Shown here one piece after another: positions 55,330 through 64,000 of a stretch of 64,000 nucleotides of DNA. The DNA is from an uncultured Bacilli bacterium (GTDB lineage: Bacteria; Bacillota_I; Bacilli_A; ML615J-28; CAG-313): contig CANQDG010000002.1 in NCBI GenBank assembly GCA_947591495.1, positions 9,779 to 73,778 of the forward strand, written 5' to 3'. Position 1 is the stretch's first letter. Each line of letters begins with the position of its first letter. The translations under genes and the position numbers were made by a program. The notes beneath the pieces are model-generated. The model searched no databases and was not told the origin of the DNA. It saw nothing but the letters and a program-made list of their open reading frames with translations.

Positions 55330-56496
55330 ATGGAAATACAAAAAATAATATTAAAAAAGAATGAAGAAGATCGTTTGTTAAAAGGTGAAACATGGGTTTA
55401 TTCCAATGAAGTTTTAAAATTTGAAGGACCAATTAACTCCGGTCAACTTTGTGAAGTTCTAACAAGTGATCATAAAGTTATAGGTTATGGCTTTTTGAAT
55501 ACGGCTAGTAAGATTATCGTACGGCTATTATCCCTAACACCAATTACGATTGATCAAACATTTTTTCAAAAGCGAATTGAGGCAGCCAATTCTTTTCGTA
55601 AATCACTTGGTTTAGATAATAATTATCGCGTTGTTTTTAGTGAGGCTGATGGCTTACCTGGTTTAATTGTGGATAAATATGATCAATACTTATCAATGCA
55701 AATATTAACTTTAGGAATGGCTAATCATAAAGACTTAATTATAAAAGCATTAGTTACAATTTTTCATCCTTTGGCTATCGTGGAACGTAGCGATCAACCA
55801 ATTAGAAAAAAAGAAGGCCTTGAAGAATTCAAAGGCGTTGTTTATGGAAAGTTAAATGATGTTGTAACAATTGTAGAAAATGAAGTAAAAATAAAAGTTG
55901 ACCTTTTAAATGGTCAAAAAACTGGATATTTCTTAGATCAAAAATTTAATCGTGCCAATCTTAAAAACTATGTTTTTAATAAAACCGTTTTAGATTGTTT
56001 TTCGCATACAGGTGGTTTTGCTTTACACGCGGCAGGGTATAACGCCAAAAAAGTAGTTGCAATTGACATAAGTCAAAAAGCTTGTGATGATATCTTAATT
56101 AATGCTAAACTTAATAATTTTACCAACATTGAAGTTGTTTGTGATGATGTTTTTAATTATTTAAGAAATAATCAAGATAAACATTTTGATGTTATTATTT
56201 TAGATCCTCCGGCTTTTACCAAGGATCGCAAGACGATTAATCAAGCTTATAAAGGATATAAAGAAATTAATTTAAGTGCTCTTAAAATGTTAGATAGTGG
56301 CGGTATTTTATTTACTTTTTCTTGTTCTATGCATATGCAACCGGCTTTATTTTTACAAATGTTAAAAGATGCAAGTATTGATGCTCATAAAGAGGTGCAA
56401 TTAATCGATTTTCGGATTCAGTCACCTGATCACCCCACTAAATTAACTGATGGTGATTCCCTTTATTTGAAATGTGCAGTTTTACGCGTCTTGTAA
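55330..56496 (+). CDS. RlmI-like class I SAM-dependent rRNA methyltransferase (PUA plus MTase)
   Basis: 388 aa. N-terminal PUA-like LKGETWVYSNEV, then GLPGLIVDKY, DCFSHTGGFALHAA and IILDPPAF. Confidence 0.8.
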   Translation: MEIQKIILKKNEEDRLLKGETWVYSNEVLKFEGPINSGQLCEVLTSDHKVIGYGFLNTASKIIVRLLSLTPITIDQTFFQKRIEAANSFRKSLGLDNNYRVVFSEADGLPGLIVDKYDQYLSMQILTLGMANHKDLIIKALVTIFHPLAIVERSDQPIRKKEGLEEFKGVVYGKLNDVVTIVENEVKIKVDLLNGQKTGYFLDQKFNRANLKNYVFNKTVLDCFSHTGGFALHAAGYNAKKVVAIDISQKACDDILINAKLNNFTNIEVVCDDVFNYLRNNQDKHFDVIILDPPAFTKDRKTINQAYKGYKEINLSALKMLDSGGILFTFSCSMHMQPALFLQMLKDASIDAHKEVQLIDFRIQSPDHPTKLTDGDSLYLKCAVLRVL

Positions 56497-56534
56497 AATA
56501 ACTAAAAAAAGGAAATTAAAAGAAAGTGAAAAAG

Positions 56535-56920
56535 ATGAATTTAGAAAAAAATAATAATTCAATGATTATTAAATATCAAAATACAGATAATTTTGTAGAA
56601 GATATATGTTCTATAATTGAAATGGAAAAGGTTTTGAATTAAGAAATTTATACTATTTTTTACAATTTTACAAAACATTTCCAAACATTTTGCATTCAGT
56701 GAATGCAAAATCTAATATATTACTTTCGTGGACTCATTACAAAACCTTATTACAAGTACCAGATGAGAAAGCAAGAAAGTGGTATGAAAAAGAATCTGCT
56801 CAACAAACATGGAGTGTAAGAACTTTGCAAAGAAATATTGAAATACAACAACAAGAGAAAAATGATAATGATGAAAGTAGGGGCTTAATAATGTTGCAAA
56901 GCCAATTAAAATATTTATGA
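56535..56920 (+). pseudogene. decayed DUF1016/YhcG-type (PD-(D/E)xK nuclease family) gene remnant
   Basis: Fragment 1 (56535-56642) is MNLEK...FVEDICSIIEMEKVLN followed by a stop. A second frame reads GKGFELRNLYYFLQFYKTFPNILHSVNAKSNILLSWTHYKTLLQVPDEKARKWYEKESAQQTWSVRTLQRNIE, which matches the N-terminal half of DUF1016 proteins. There is an internal deletion plus frameshift, and the C-terminal nuclease domain is absent. Confidence 0.55.
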
Positions 56921-57693
56921 ACAATTTATATTATACAAGAAAGAATTTAATGAAAAAGTATAGTGGATGTGGCAATACCTTTATGATTTGTCGCTATCAA
57001 AAAGAATATGACAATAAAGATTTTGCGAAAAAAATTTCTTTAGACACTGATGGCTTTTTAATGGTTAAAGAAAATCCGCTTACGATGATTATTTATAATC
57101 AAGATGGAAGTATTGCTAAAATGTGTGGTAATGGCATTAGATGCTTTATTAAATATTGTTATGATGAAAAAATAATTACGAGTTTAGAAAATACTGTCCA
57201 AACTCTGAGTGGTAATATATATACTAAAATCATTAACTTAAACCCTTTTTTAGTTTATGTAAGAATGAATGAACCAGTTTATACATACATTGATAATAGA
57301 CAACATCTAAATGAGTCATTGCATTTAAACCATCATTTTTATCAAATTAGTTTAATCAATACTGGTGTATGGCATGGCGTTATCATTCCTCATAATTTTC
57401 AAGAAGCCCTAAGTGATGCTAAAGATATTCGTAATTTGCCTAATTATGTTGATTACCTCAATATTGATTTGGTGCAAATTAAAGATAACAAAATTTATTT
57501 AAAAACTTATGAAAGGGGCGTTGGTTTTACTAAAGCATGTGGAACTGGTGCAAGCGCAACTTTTCATATTTTAAAAAAATTACAACTAATCGATACGAAC
57601 AAAATATTAATTAATGTTGATGGAGGACAAATTGAAGCTGGAATAGATGAAAATGGCTCATATATTTTAGGTGAAGCAACATATCTAGAATAG
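56917..57693 (+). CDS. dapF: diaminopimelate epimerase
   Basis: GCGNTF, both catalytic cysteines (MCGNGIRCF and ACGTGASA) and ERGVG. The start may instead be ATG 56950 (MKKYSGCGNTF). Confidence 0.88.
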   Translation: MNNLYYTRKNLMKKYSGCGNTFMICRYQKEYDNKDFAKKISLDTDGFLMVKENPLTMIIYNQDGSIAKMCGNGIRCFIKYCYDEKIITSLENTVQTLSGNIYTKIINLNPFLVYVRMNEPVYTYIDNRQHLNESLHLNHHFYQISLINTGVWHGVIIPHNFQEALSDAKDIRNLPNYVDYLNIDLVQIKDNKIYLKTYERGVGFTKACGTGASATFHILKKLQLIDTNKILINVDGGQIEAGIDENGSYILGEATYLE

Positions 57694-57713
57694 ATATTAT
57701 GAGGATAAAATAT

Positions 57714-59108
57714 ATGTTATTTATAAGCTTAATTCAAAAAATTCATAGCATTTTATGGAACGTTCCTTTAATTTGTTTAATTATTGGTGTTGGTATTATT
57801 TTAACAATTAAATTAAAGGCCTTACAAATTTGTAAACTACCGCTTGCTTTTAAATTCCTATTTAAGGATGATCATCAGTCTAAAGGTCATACAAGTCCTT
57901 TTCAAGCCCTTTGTATTGCGCTTTCCGCAACTATTGGCACCGGTAATATTACCGGTGTTAGTGCAGCCATTATGATAGGAGGACCAGGAGCGCTTTTTTG
58001 GATGGTTATAACCGCTTTTTTAGGAATGGCTATTAAATACGCTGAAGGATTTTTAGCCATCAAATATCGCAAGATAACAAGTGATCAAATAATTGGGGGG
58101 CCTTATGCATATATTGAATATGGAATGGGCAAAAAATGGCATTTTTTAGCCCATTTTTTTGCGACATTTGGCATGCTAACTGCCCTTTTTGGAATGGGAA
58201 CCTTAATCCAAATGAATTCCATTAGTGATGCTTTTAAAAACATCTTTGATAAAGATCAAATTTACAATTTACAAATTGGTAAATATCATCTTTCATGGGT
58301 TTCATTAATTATTAGCCTTTTGGTGACAATTTTAGTTGCTATTGTTTTAATAGGAGGCGTCAAACGAATCGGCACCGTCTGTGAATTTCTTGTTCCTTTT
58401 ATGGGTATATCATACGTTGTTATTTGTTTAATTTTAATCGCTAATAATATCACTAATTTACAAACTGCCCTAAAAGATATTTTCCAAATGGCAATAAGTC
58501 CGCGTTCAGTTCTTGGTGGAGCTTGTGGATATACCATAATGAGTGCCATAAAACAAGGAGTTACTAAAGGTCTTTTTACTAACGAGGCCGGTTTAGGTAG
58601 CGCCCCTATTGCCACAGCTACTACTTCATCAAATGATCCAGTTCGTCAAGGTTTAATCGCAATGACTTCAACTTTTCTAGGCACGATTATTATTTGCACA
58701 TTAACAGGAATTGCAAGTGTTATTACTAAATCATACGAGCAACCACTAAGTGGTATATATATAGCAGAATATACTTTTGTAACAGGACTCCCCTTTAAAC
58801 CAATTATTACTATGATTTTACTGCTTATATGTATCATCTGTTTTGCCTTTACAACGATGATAGGTTGGAATCTTTATGGTGTTCAATGTTTAAATTACTT
58901 AACTAAAGGTAATCAATTCATTAAGAAACTTTATAACTGGTTATATATCATTATCCTTTTTTTAGGGGCCTTTTTAGAATTTCATACCATTTGGGATATA
59001 ACCGAAATCTTTAGTGCTTTAATGGCCTTCCCTAATTTAATTGCTATTTTAGCCTTGAATAAAGAAATCGTAAAAGATACGAAAGAATATTTCATAAAAA
59101 AATCATAA
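57714..59108 (+). CDS. alanine/glycine:cation symporter (AGCS family)
   Basis: Polytopic protein with FQALCIALSATIGTGNITGV and TNEAGLGSAPIA, typical of AGCS. ATG 57714 is preferred (GAGGA 8 nt upstream). ORF track starts at 57699. Confidence 0.88.
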   Translation: MLFISLIQKIHSILWNVPLICLIIGVGIILTIKLKALQICKLPLAFKFLFKDDHQSKGHTSPFQALCIALSATIGTGNITGVSAAIMIGGPGALFWMVITAFLGMAIKYAEGFLAIKYRKITSDQIIGGPYAYIEYGMGKKWHFLAHFFATFGMLTALFGMGTLIQMNSISDAFKNIFDKDQIYNLQIGKYHLSWVSLIISLLVTILVAIVLIGGVKRIGTVCEFLVPFMGISYVVICLILIANNITNLQTALKDIFQMAISPRSVLGGACGYTIMSAIKQGVTKGLFTNEAGLGSAPIATATTSSNDPVRQGLIAMTSTFLGTIIICTLTGIASVITKSYEQPLSGIYIAEYTFVTGLPFKPIITMILLLICIICFAFTTMIGWNLYGVQCLNYLTKGNQFIKKLYNWLYIIILFLGAFLEFHTIWDITEIFSALMAFPNLIAILALNKEIVKDTKEYFIKKS

Positions 59109-59112
59109 CAAA

Positions 59113-59135
59113 AACCCTATTTGAATAATAGGGTT
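59113..59135. terminator. bidirectional hairpin terminator
   Basis: aaccctatt (59113-59121) pairs with aatagggtt (59127-59135) around a 5-nt loop. It sits between convergent genes. Confidence 0.6.
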
Positions 59136-59621
59136 CTATTTTGCAAATAAATAATTTATAAGGCGTGTTGTAAATATACTAGCACCTATACCAAAAAGTA
59201 TACCTGTAATAATTCTTCGTAAATTAGTGCTTTCAATAAAGAAAAAGTATTGTAAACTACCATCTATAATAAGGGGTAAAATAAAAATCAAAATAATTGG
59301 TATGATATATATTATTCTTATTTTGGATAAAGCTTTTTTTAAGTTAGTTAGATTAAAAACTAACATACTTATAATAAAAGATATATACATTGAAGTGCAT
59401 CGCCAACAAAAAAGAAAAACAAAATTACCGATGTGAGGAGCAGAATTACTATTTCGATTACAAAGCGGTACTTTACCGATTAGATCAAAAGATAGTTTGG
59501 CATCTTTAGGTAATAAAAAGGTTAATATTATTGAACAAATGATATAAATAATAATTACAATCATTAAAATGATTATAAATAGAGTGGTTTTATTTAATTT
59601 TTTTGGTTGATGATTATTCAT
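59136..59621 (-). CDS. DUF2085-like membrane protein
   Basis: 161 aa. PLCNRNSN...FLFCWRCTSMY resembles the DUF2085 C.R...C.RC.G.Y motif, flanked by TM helices. Confidence 0.5.
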   Translation of the reverse strand: MNNHQPKKLNKTTLFIIILMIVIIIYIICSIILTFLLPKDAKLSFDLIGKVPLCNRNSNSAPHIGNFVFLFCWRCTSMYISFIISMLVFNLTNLKKALSKIRIIYIIPIILIFILPLIIDGSLQYFFFIESTNLRRIITGILFGIGASIFTTRLINYLFAK

Positions 59622-59627
59622 TTTTAA

Positions 59628-60035
59628 TTAATAAAATAGAGCACTTATCCAAGATATTGAACAACAAATTCCAAGTAATATGTTACTAATAAAACCGATT
59701 AAAGCACCTATACCACAAGATTTAGCCTTTAGGGGCATATCACTATGCCATATTAAGAAAAGAATTAAACCTACAAGAGGAAAGAAAAAGGACAATATGG
59801 CAAGTGCAGTACTAGATCCATCCGTATTTTGTGATTGATTAGAACTTGTTGCATTATAAATATTATTGCTATCATAATGTGAATGGTTATCATCGTTATC
59901 GTTATTACCATTATTATCATAATAATCATAATAAGTAGTATTTTCTTGATTATTTTCTTCTAATCTACTACCACAATAAGGGCAATATTTAGTATCGTCA
60001 TCGACTTGTGCTCTACAATTATTACATTGCTTCAT
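59628..60035 (-). CDS. zinc-ribbon membrane protein with an N/D-rich linker
   Basis: 135 aa. CNNCRAQVDDDTKYCPYCG zinc ribbon, a low-complexity N/D/Y/S stretch, then two TM helices (FFFPLVGLILFLIW...CGIGALIGFI). Confidence 0.6.
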   Translation of the reverse strand: MKQCNNCRAQVDDDTKYCPYCGSRLEENNQENTTYYDYYDNNGNNDNDDNHSHYDSNNIYNATSSNQSQNTDGSSTALAILSFFFPLVGLILFLIWHSDMPLKAKSCGIGALIGFISNILLGICCSISWISALFY

Positions 60036-60149
60036 TTTAAAACTCCTTATAAATCTATATGATAATTAATTATAATATAAAAAATTTCAAAAAGCAAGAA
60101 TTTTTACATTTAATAGATTTAGATTATTAATTTATAAAATGATAAATAA

Positions 60150-60183
60150 AAACTTCTCAACATAAAAGGTTGAGAAGTTTTAA
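60150..60183 (-). terminator. rho-independent terminator of the 60188-60541 gene
   Basis: aaacttctcaac (60150-60161) pairs perfectly with gttgagaagttt (60169-60180). An A run lies upstream on the plus strand, giving a T run on the minus strand. Confidence 0.7.
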
Positions 60184-60187
60184 ACTT

Positions 60188-60541
60188 TTAAGCTGTTTTG
60201 ATACCTGGTTTTAAAACTAAAACAAGAACAATTGCTAGTATAATATAGAAGATACATCCAATAAGAGAACACCAACCACATCTTTGAGAATCTTTAGGTT
60301 TACGATTTTTCCAAACCATATAAAATATATAACCTAAAGGTGGAAATAGAAAACTACCAATTGAAATGAGGATTAATGATAAACTTATTGGTTCTTTGGT
60401 TTTAACTTTTTCGCTATCATGATGCTTTCTTTTTTTATCACGCTTTTCATATTCATTAACAATAACCTTTAAGGTCCGTTCATTTTCCTTTTTTAAGGTG
60501 TATTTTTTATCCATTCTTATATCCTCCATTTTATTTTTCAA
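60188..60541 (-). CDS. small membrane protein, paralogous in its C-terminal half to 59628-60035
   Basis: 117 aa. A lysine-rich N-terminus and then FLFPPLGYIFYMVWKNRKPKDSQRCGWCSLIGCI, which aligns with FFFPLVGLILFLIWHSDMPLKAKSCGIGALIGFI of the neighbouring gene. Confidence 0.5.
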   Translation of the reverse strand: MKNKMEDIRMDKKYTLKKENERTLKVIVNEYEKRDKKRKHHDSEKVKTKEPISLSLILISIGSFLFPPLGYIFYMVWKNRKPKDSQRCGWCSLIGCIFYIILAIVLVLVLKPGIKTA

Positions 60542-60750
60542 TATATTGATTTAGTAATTAGCAAATTAAGATATCATAATAATTTTATTATAAACCTAAG
60601 TGCTAAAAGAAATACCTACTATTGATATTATATCATATTTTAAAAAAAATGCAAACTATATGGAAGTTCTTTTAAATATTATTTAAAATATTTGCTTCTT
60701 TTTACAAGATAATATATAATTATAAAAAATAAGATTAATGAGGAAAAGAT

Positions 60751-61782
60751 ATGATTAATTTAAAAAATGATTATTGTGGCATTGCTCATCCGAAAATTTT
60801 AGAAAAATTAAAAGAAAACAATCAACAAACATATATAGGTTATGGTCTTGATGATGCATCAAATAGAGCAGTTGCAATAATTAAAAATAAGTTTCAATGT
60901 GATGCTTCTGATATTCATTTGCTTGTGGGCGGAACAATTACTAATAAAATTGTGATTGGTCATAGTTTAAAGCCATATGAAGCCGTTATTTGCGCAAGTA
61001 GTGGTCATATTAATGTACATGAAACAGGTGCTATCGAACAAACCGGACATAAGGTTTTAACCATTCCTAGTTATGATGGTAAAATTAAAGGTGAAGATGT
61101 TATAAAAATTTATCAAGAACATACGGATGAACATATGGTTAAACCTAAAATGGTATATATATCAAATCCCACAGAATATGGGACCCTTTATACCAAAGAT
61201 GAATTAATTAAATTACATGATATATGTCAAGCTTTGCATTTATACCTTTATCTTGATGGCGCAAGATTAGGGGTTGCCTTAACTGCTTTAACTAATGATA
61301 TTAAACCTTGTGATTACACCCAATATACGGATGCTTTTTATATTGGTGGAACAAAAAATGGTCTTTTAATGGGAGAGGCTTTAGTTATTAATAATTCACA
61401 ATTAAAAACTGATCTTCGCTATGCTATCAAGCATTATGGAGGACTTCTTGCCAAAGGCTTTGTTAATGGTTTACAATTTGAGGCGCTTTTTGAAGATGAT
61501 TTATTCTTTGAAATAGGATCATATGTCAACCATTTAGGCAAACTTTTAATTGACGGGTTAAACAAACTTGGAGTTGATTATTTTATTAAACCCGAAACGA
61601 ATCAAATCTTTGTCACTTTTGATAATCAAGTTGTTGAAAAATTAAGTCAAACATTATTATTTGAAAAATGGATCATTCAAGATACTAAAACGACAATTCG
61701 TTTAATTACTCATTATATGTTAACTGAAGATATGATTCAAGAAGCATTACTAGTAATTAAAGATGCGATAAAGAAGGAATAA
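60751..61782 (+). CDS. low-specificity threonine aldolase / beta-eliminating lyase family PLP enzyme
   Basis: 343 aa. NDYCGIAHPKIL, GGTITNK, YLDGARL and the YIGGTKNG lysine motif appear in the order typical of the family. Confidence 0.75.
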   Translation: MINLKNDYCGIAHPKILEKLKENNQQTYIGYGLDDASNRAVAIIKNKFQCDASDIHLLVGGTITNKIVIGHSLKPYEAVICASSGHINVHETGAIEQTGHKVLTIPSYDGKIKGEDVIKIYQEHTDEHMVKPKMVYISNPTEYGTLYTKDELIKLHDICQALHLYLYLDGARLGVALTALTNDIKPCDYTQYTDAFYIGGTKNGLLMGEALVINNSQLKTDLRYAIKHYGGLLAKGFVNGLQFEALFEDDLFFEIGSYVNHLGKLLIDGLNKLGVDYFIKPETNQIFVTFDNQVVEKLSQTLLFEKWIIQDTKTTIRLITHYMLTEDMIQEALLVIKDAIKKE

Positions 61783-61785
61783 AAG

Positions 61786-62751
61786 ATGAAAATTGGTAAT
61801 GTCGAACTTAAAAATAATATTATTTTAGCTCCAATGGCAGGTGTTTCAACTTCGGCTTATCGAACGATTTGTCTAGAACATCAAGCTGGACTTGTTTGCA
61901 CCGAAATGATTAGTGATAAAGGGTTAGCTTATGAAAATGCCAAAACGTTGAAAATGGTGGAAATTAAAGAAAATGAGCATCCAATCTCTATGCAGATTTT
62001 TGGATCCGATTATAAAACCATTACGGATTCAGCGATATATCTAACTAAACTTTCTAAAATTGATATTTTAGATGTTAATATGGGCTGCCCAGTTAACAAA
62101 GTAGTTAAAAATGGATCAGGATCGGCACTTTTAAAAAATCCTATGAAGATATATGACATCATTAAATCATTAAAAGAAAATCTTGATATTCCAGTTACAA
62201 TTAAAATTAGAGCTGGATGGGATCAATCATCTATTAATTGTGATCAAGTTGCTCTTCTTGCCTCAAAAGCAGGCGTTGATGCGATTAGTATTCATGGCAG
62301 AACAAGAAGTCAACTTTATACGGGAGTTGTTAATTTAGATTATATTAAAATGGTCAAAGAAGCATCAAGTGTCCCAGTTATTGGTAATGGTGATATTAAA
62401 GATATTGAAAGTGCTCAAAAGATGTTTGATCAAGGCGTTGATGGCATTATGATTGGTCGGGCTGCTATGGGGAATCCATTTATCTTTGATGAACTAACAG
62501 CTTATTTTAATGATGGTATCATTTTACCAAAGCCACCTAAAGAAGTTGTCATATCAACATTGTTAGATCATGCTAAAAGATTAATATCTGATAAAGGTGA
62601 GCATATCGCTATGATTGAAATGCGAACGCATGCGGGATGGTATTTACGTCAAATTCCGCGCACAAAGCCTTATAAAATGGCAATTGTTAGTATAAAAACA
62701 TATGAAGAATTAGAAAAAATTTGTCACTGTATTTTACAAGATAATAATTGA
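61786..62751 (+). CDS. dusB: tRNA-dihydrouridine synthase
   Basis: 321 aa. LAPMAGVS, DVNMGCPV (catalytic Cys), IHGRTR and GNGDI motifs. Confidence 0.9.
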   Translation: MKIGNVELKNNIILAPMAGVSTSAYRTICLEHQAGLVCTEMISDKGLAYENAKTLKMVEIKENEHPISMQIFGSDYKTITDSAIYLTKLSKIDILDVNMGCPVNKVVKNGSGSALLKNPMKIYDIIKSLKENLDIPVTIKIRAGWDQSSINCDQVALLASKAGVDAISIHGRTRSQLYTGVVNLDYIKMVKEASSVPVIGNGDIKDIESAQKMFDQGVDGIMIGRAAMGNPFIFDELTAYFNDGIILPKPPKEVVISTLLDHAKRLISDKGEHIAMIEMRTHAGWYLRQIPRTKPYKMAIVSIKTYEELEKICHCILQDNN

Positions 62752-62761
62752 TACTTATTAA

Positions 62762-62806
62762 AAAAAACAAATTAAGTAGGTTAACGCTTAATTTGTTTTT
62801 TCTTTT
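62762..62806 (+). terminator. rho-independent terminator after dusB
   Basis: aaaaacaaattaag (62763-62776) pairs with cttaatttgttttt (62787-62800), followed by a T-rich tail. Confidence 0.7.
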
Positions 62807-62887
62807 TTAGTTTACAAGCAAAAACTGACAAAATATCGTAAAAATAAATGATACAATGGAAAAAAGAAAAAATGAAAGGCGAAAAAA

Positions 62888-63382
62888 ATGAGAAGAATAC
62901 CTAAAGCATTATTATTAACATATATATCAATTATGGTAGTTATAACTATTATTTTAACTTGGTATATATTAAGCGAGAAAAAACATATTACTAAACATAT
63001 TTTACTAGATGATAAGGTTACAATCACTAATAACTTAGAAATAAAACTTAATAAATTGGTGCCAGGTAGTGTTAAAGAATATCGTATTATTTTAGAAGCT
63101 ACGAAAAAAAGAACATATGAAATTGATTTAAATTTTGAAAAAATTAGCAATAGCATTCTTAGTAAATATCTAATAGTAGAAATTCAGTATTTAGATAATT
63201 GTTATCAGTATTCACTAGAAGAATTAATGGATCATCAAGAAGAGATAAAATGGCAAATTCAATTTCAAAAACACCAAAAAATTGCAATTGATTTTCGATA
63301 TTATTTACCAATCGATGTAGGAAATGAAATTCAAGGAACATCGGTTGATTTTATCGTTAATTTTTTTGCAAGAGGGATGTGA
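62888..63382 (+). CDS. small TasA/camelysin-like secreted protein (candidate SipW substrate)
   Basis: 164 aa. N-terminal hydrophobic signal/anchor. LVPGSVKEYRIILEAT resembles the TasA L.PGD....F.F.N.G block, and the C-terminal NEIQGTSVDFIVNFFARG resembles the TasA N.YQG.S..F.F.F.A.Q ending. It lies immediately upstream of a SipW-type peptidase. Confidence 0.4.
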   Translation: MRRIPKALLLTYISIMVVITIILTWYILSEKKHITKHILLDDKVTITNNLEIKLNKLVPGSVKEYRIILEATKKRTYEIDLNFEKISNSILSKYLIVEIQYLDNCYQYSLEELMDHQEEIKWQIQFQKHQKIAIDFRYYLPIDVGNEIQGTSVDFIVNFFARGM

Positions 63383-63391
63383 ATAAATTAA

Positions 63392-64000
63392 ATGATTAAA
63401 AAAGTTTTAAAAGTGGTTGGTAATATCATCACATATTTCTTTTTTATTCTTTGTATCGTTTTATTAGTGATTTTAATTGTCGCAAAAAAAGATAGTGATA
63501 ATGCGGTAAATATTTTCAATCATCAGTTAAGAATTGTTGTATCCGATTCCATGGCAAAAAACGCTCAAACAGATGTTAGTCAATATAAAATTAAAGATCT
63601 AAAAATAAAAACAATGATTTTGATTGAAAATGTTCCCACCGATATTGATGAAAGGAGGATTTGGTATAGCAATTTAAAAGTAGGAGATGTATTAACTTTT
63701 AAATATGTATATATTAGACAAGAAACGATTACGCATCGGATCAGTAATATTATGGAAAAAGGTGATGGATATATAATCACCTTAGAAGGAGATAATAAAG
63801 CAGATAATGCTCAAAATATTAAACAAGTTATCGATACAACAGATACTAACAGCCCTAATTATATAATTGGTAAAGTTGTTTATCAAAATTATTTAATAGG
63901 CTTAATGTTATATACAATTAAACAACCAATAGGTATAACTTTAATTATTATTGTCCCTTGTGCAATTATTATTATTTTGCAAATTATTAAAATAATTAAT
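63392..64000 (+). CDS. sipW: signal peptidase I, SipW (archaeal/ER) type, 3' end beyond the window
   Basis: I translated this open frame by hand; it is not in the ORF track because it has no stop. It has an N-terminal TM helix, VVSDSMAK (Ser box), GDVLTF, THRI (His box), EGDNKADN and KQPIGITLIIIVP, paralleling B. subtilis SipW as I recall it. Confidence 0.7.
   Translation, partial: MIKKVLKVVGNIITYFFFILCIVLLVILIVAKKDSDNAVNIFNHQLRIVVSDSMAKNAQTDVSQYKIKDLKIKTMILIENVPTDIDERRIWYSNLKVGDVLTFKYVYIRQETITHRISNIMEKGDGYIITLEGDNKADNAQNIKQVIDTTDTNSPNYIIGKVVYQNYLIGLMLYTIKQPIGITLIIIVPCAIIIILQIIKIIN

Noticed and set aside
59800-59960. An AT-rich simple-sequence region (aat/gat/tat-rich) inside 59628-60035.
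   Set aside because: It is in-frame coding for the N/D/Y/S-rich linker of the zinc-ribbon membrane protein. It is not a perfect microsatellite, and I found no evidence of independent function.
62812-63156. A 114-aa minus-strand ORF rich in F/L/I.
   Set aside because: It overlaps the plus-strand TasA-like gene and the dusB terminator region. Its sequence is the hydrophobic low-complexity type produced by antisense reading of AT-rich DNA. The plus-strand gene fits the SipW context better.

Overview
This is a 64 kb window from a low-GC, AT-rich Bacillota-type chromosome that uses the standard genetic code. The organism is probably a spore-former (yabP/yabQ and ytfI/ytfJ are present) and makes a peptidoglycan wall (murA, dapF, an amidase, a GHL10 glycosidase). 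Most of the window is densely packed housekeeping: maf, hslO, lysS, glyA, trkAH, aspA, murA, rpmE, an ABC-F ATPase, dapF, dusB, two RsuA/RluB-type pseudouridine synthases and four aminopeptidases (M42, M55, M29, M18). There is a tRNA-Tyr/tRNA-Gln pair, and many sigma-A-like promoters and hairpin terminators can be read directly. The standout feature is one uninterrupted 12,138-nt ORF (22708-34845, 4,045 aa). It has an N-terminal multi-pass membrane domain that resembles CvpA, then about 3,800 aa of acid-rich, apparently helical sequence. That sequence is built from at least 17 diverged copies of a 160-220 aa module, followed by three tandem repeats of about 80 aa. I recognise no catalytic or known adhesin domain in it. 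It has a near-consensus promoter, a strong RBS, its own terminator, and codon usage that looks like that of a highly expressed gene. Secondary items are: a 1,479-aa GHL10 glycosidase fused to a long helical-repeat stalk with a C-terminal membrane anchor; two paralogous COG1373/DUF4143-type AAA ATPases just downstream of the tRNAs, one with a duplicated promoter element; a decayed DUF1016/YhcG nuclease gene; a YidD fusion protein; a fused acyl-CoA-dehydratase-activase-like gene pair; and a TasA-like/SipW pair cut by the right edge. I found no CRISPR array, rRNA, transposase or integrase. All calls rest on reading the supplied translations and the DNA by eye. No database searches were run.
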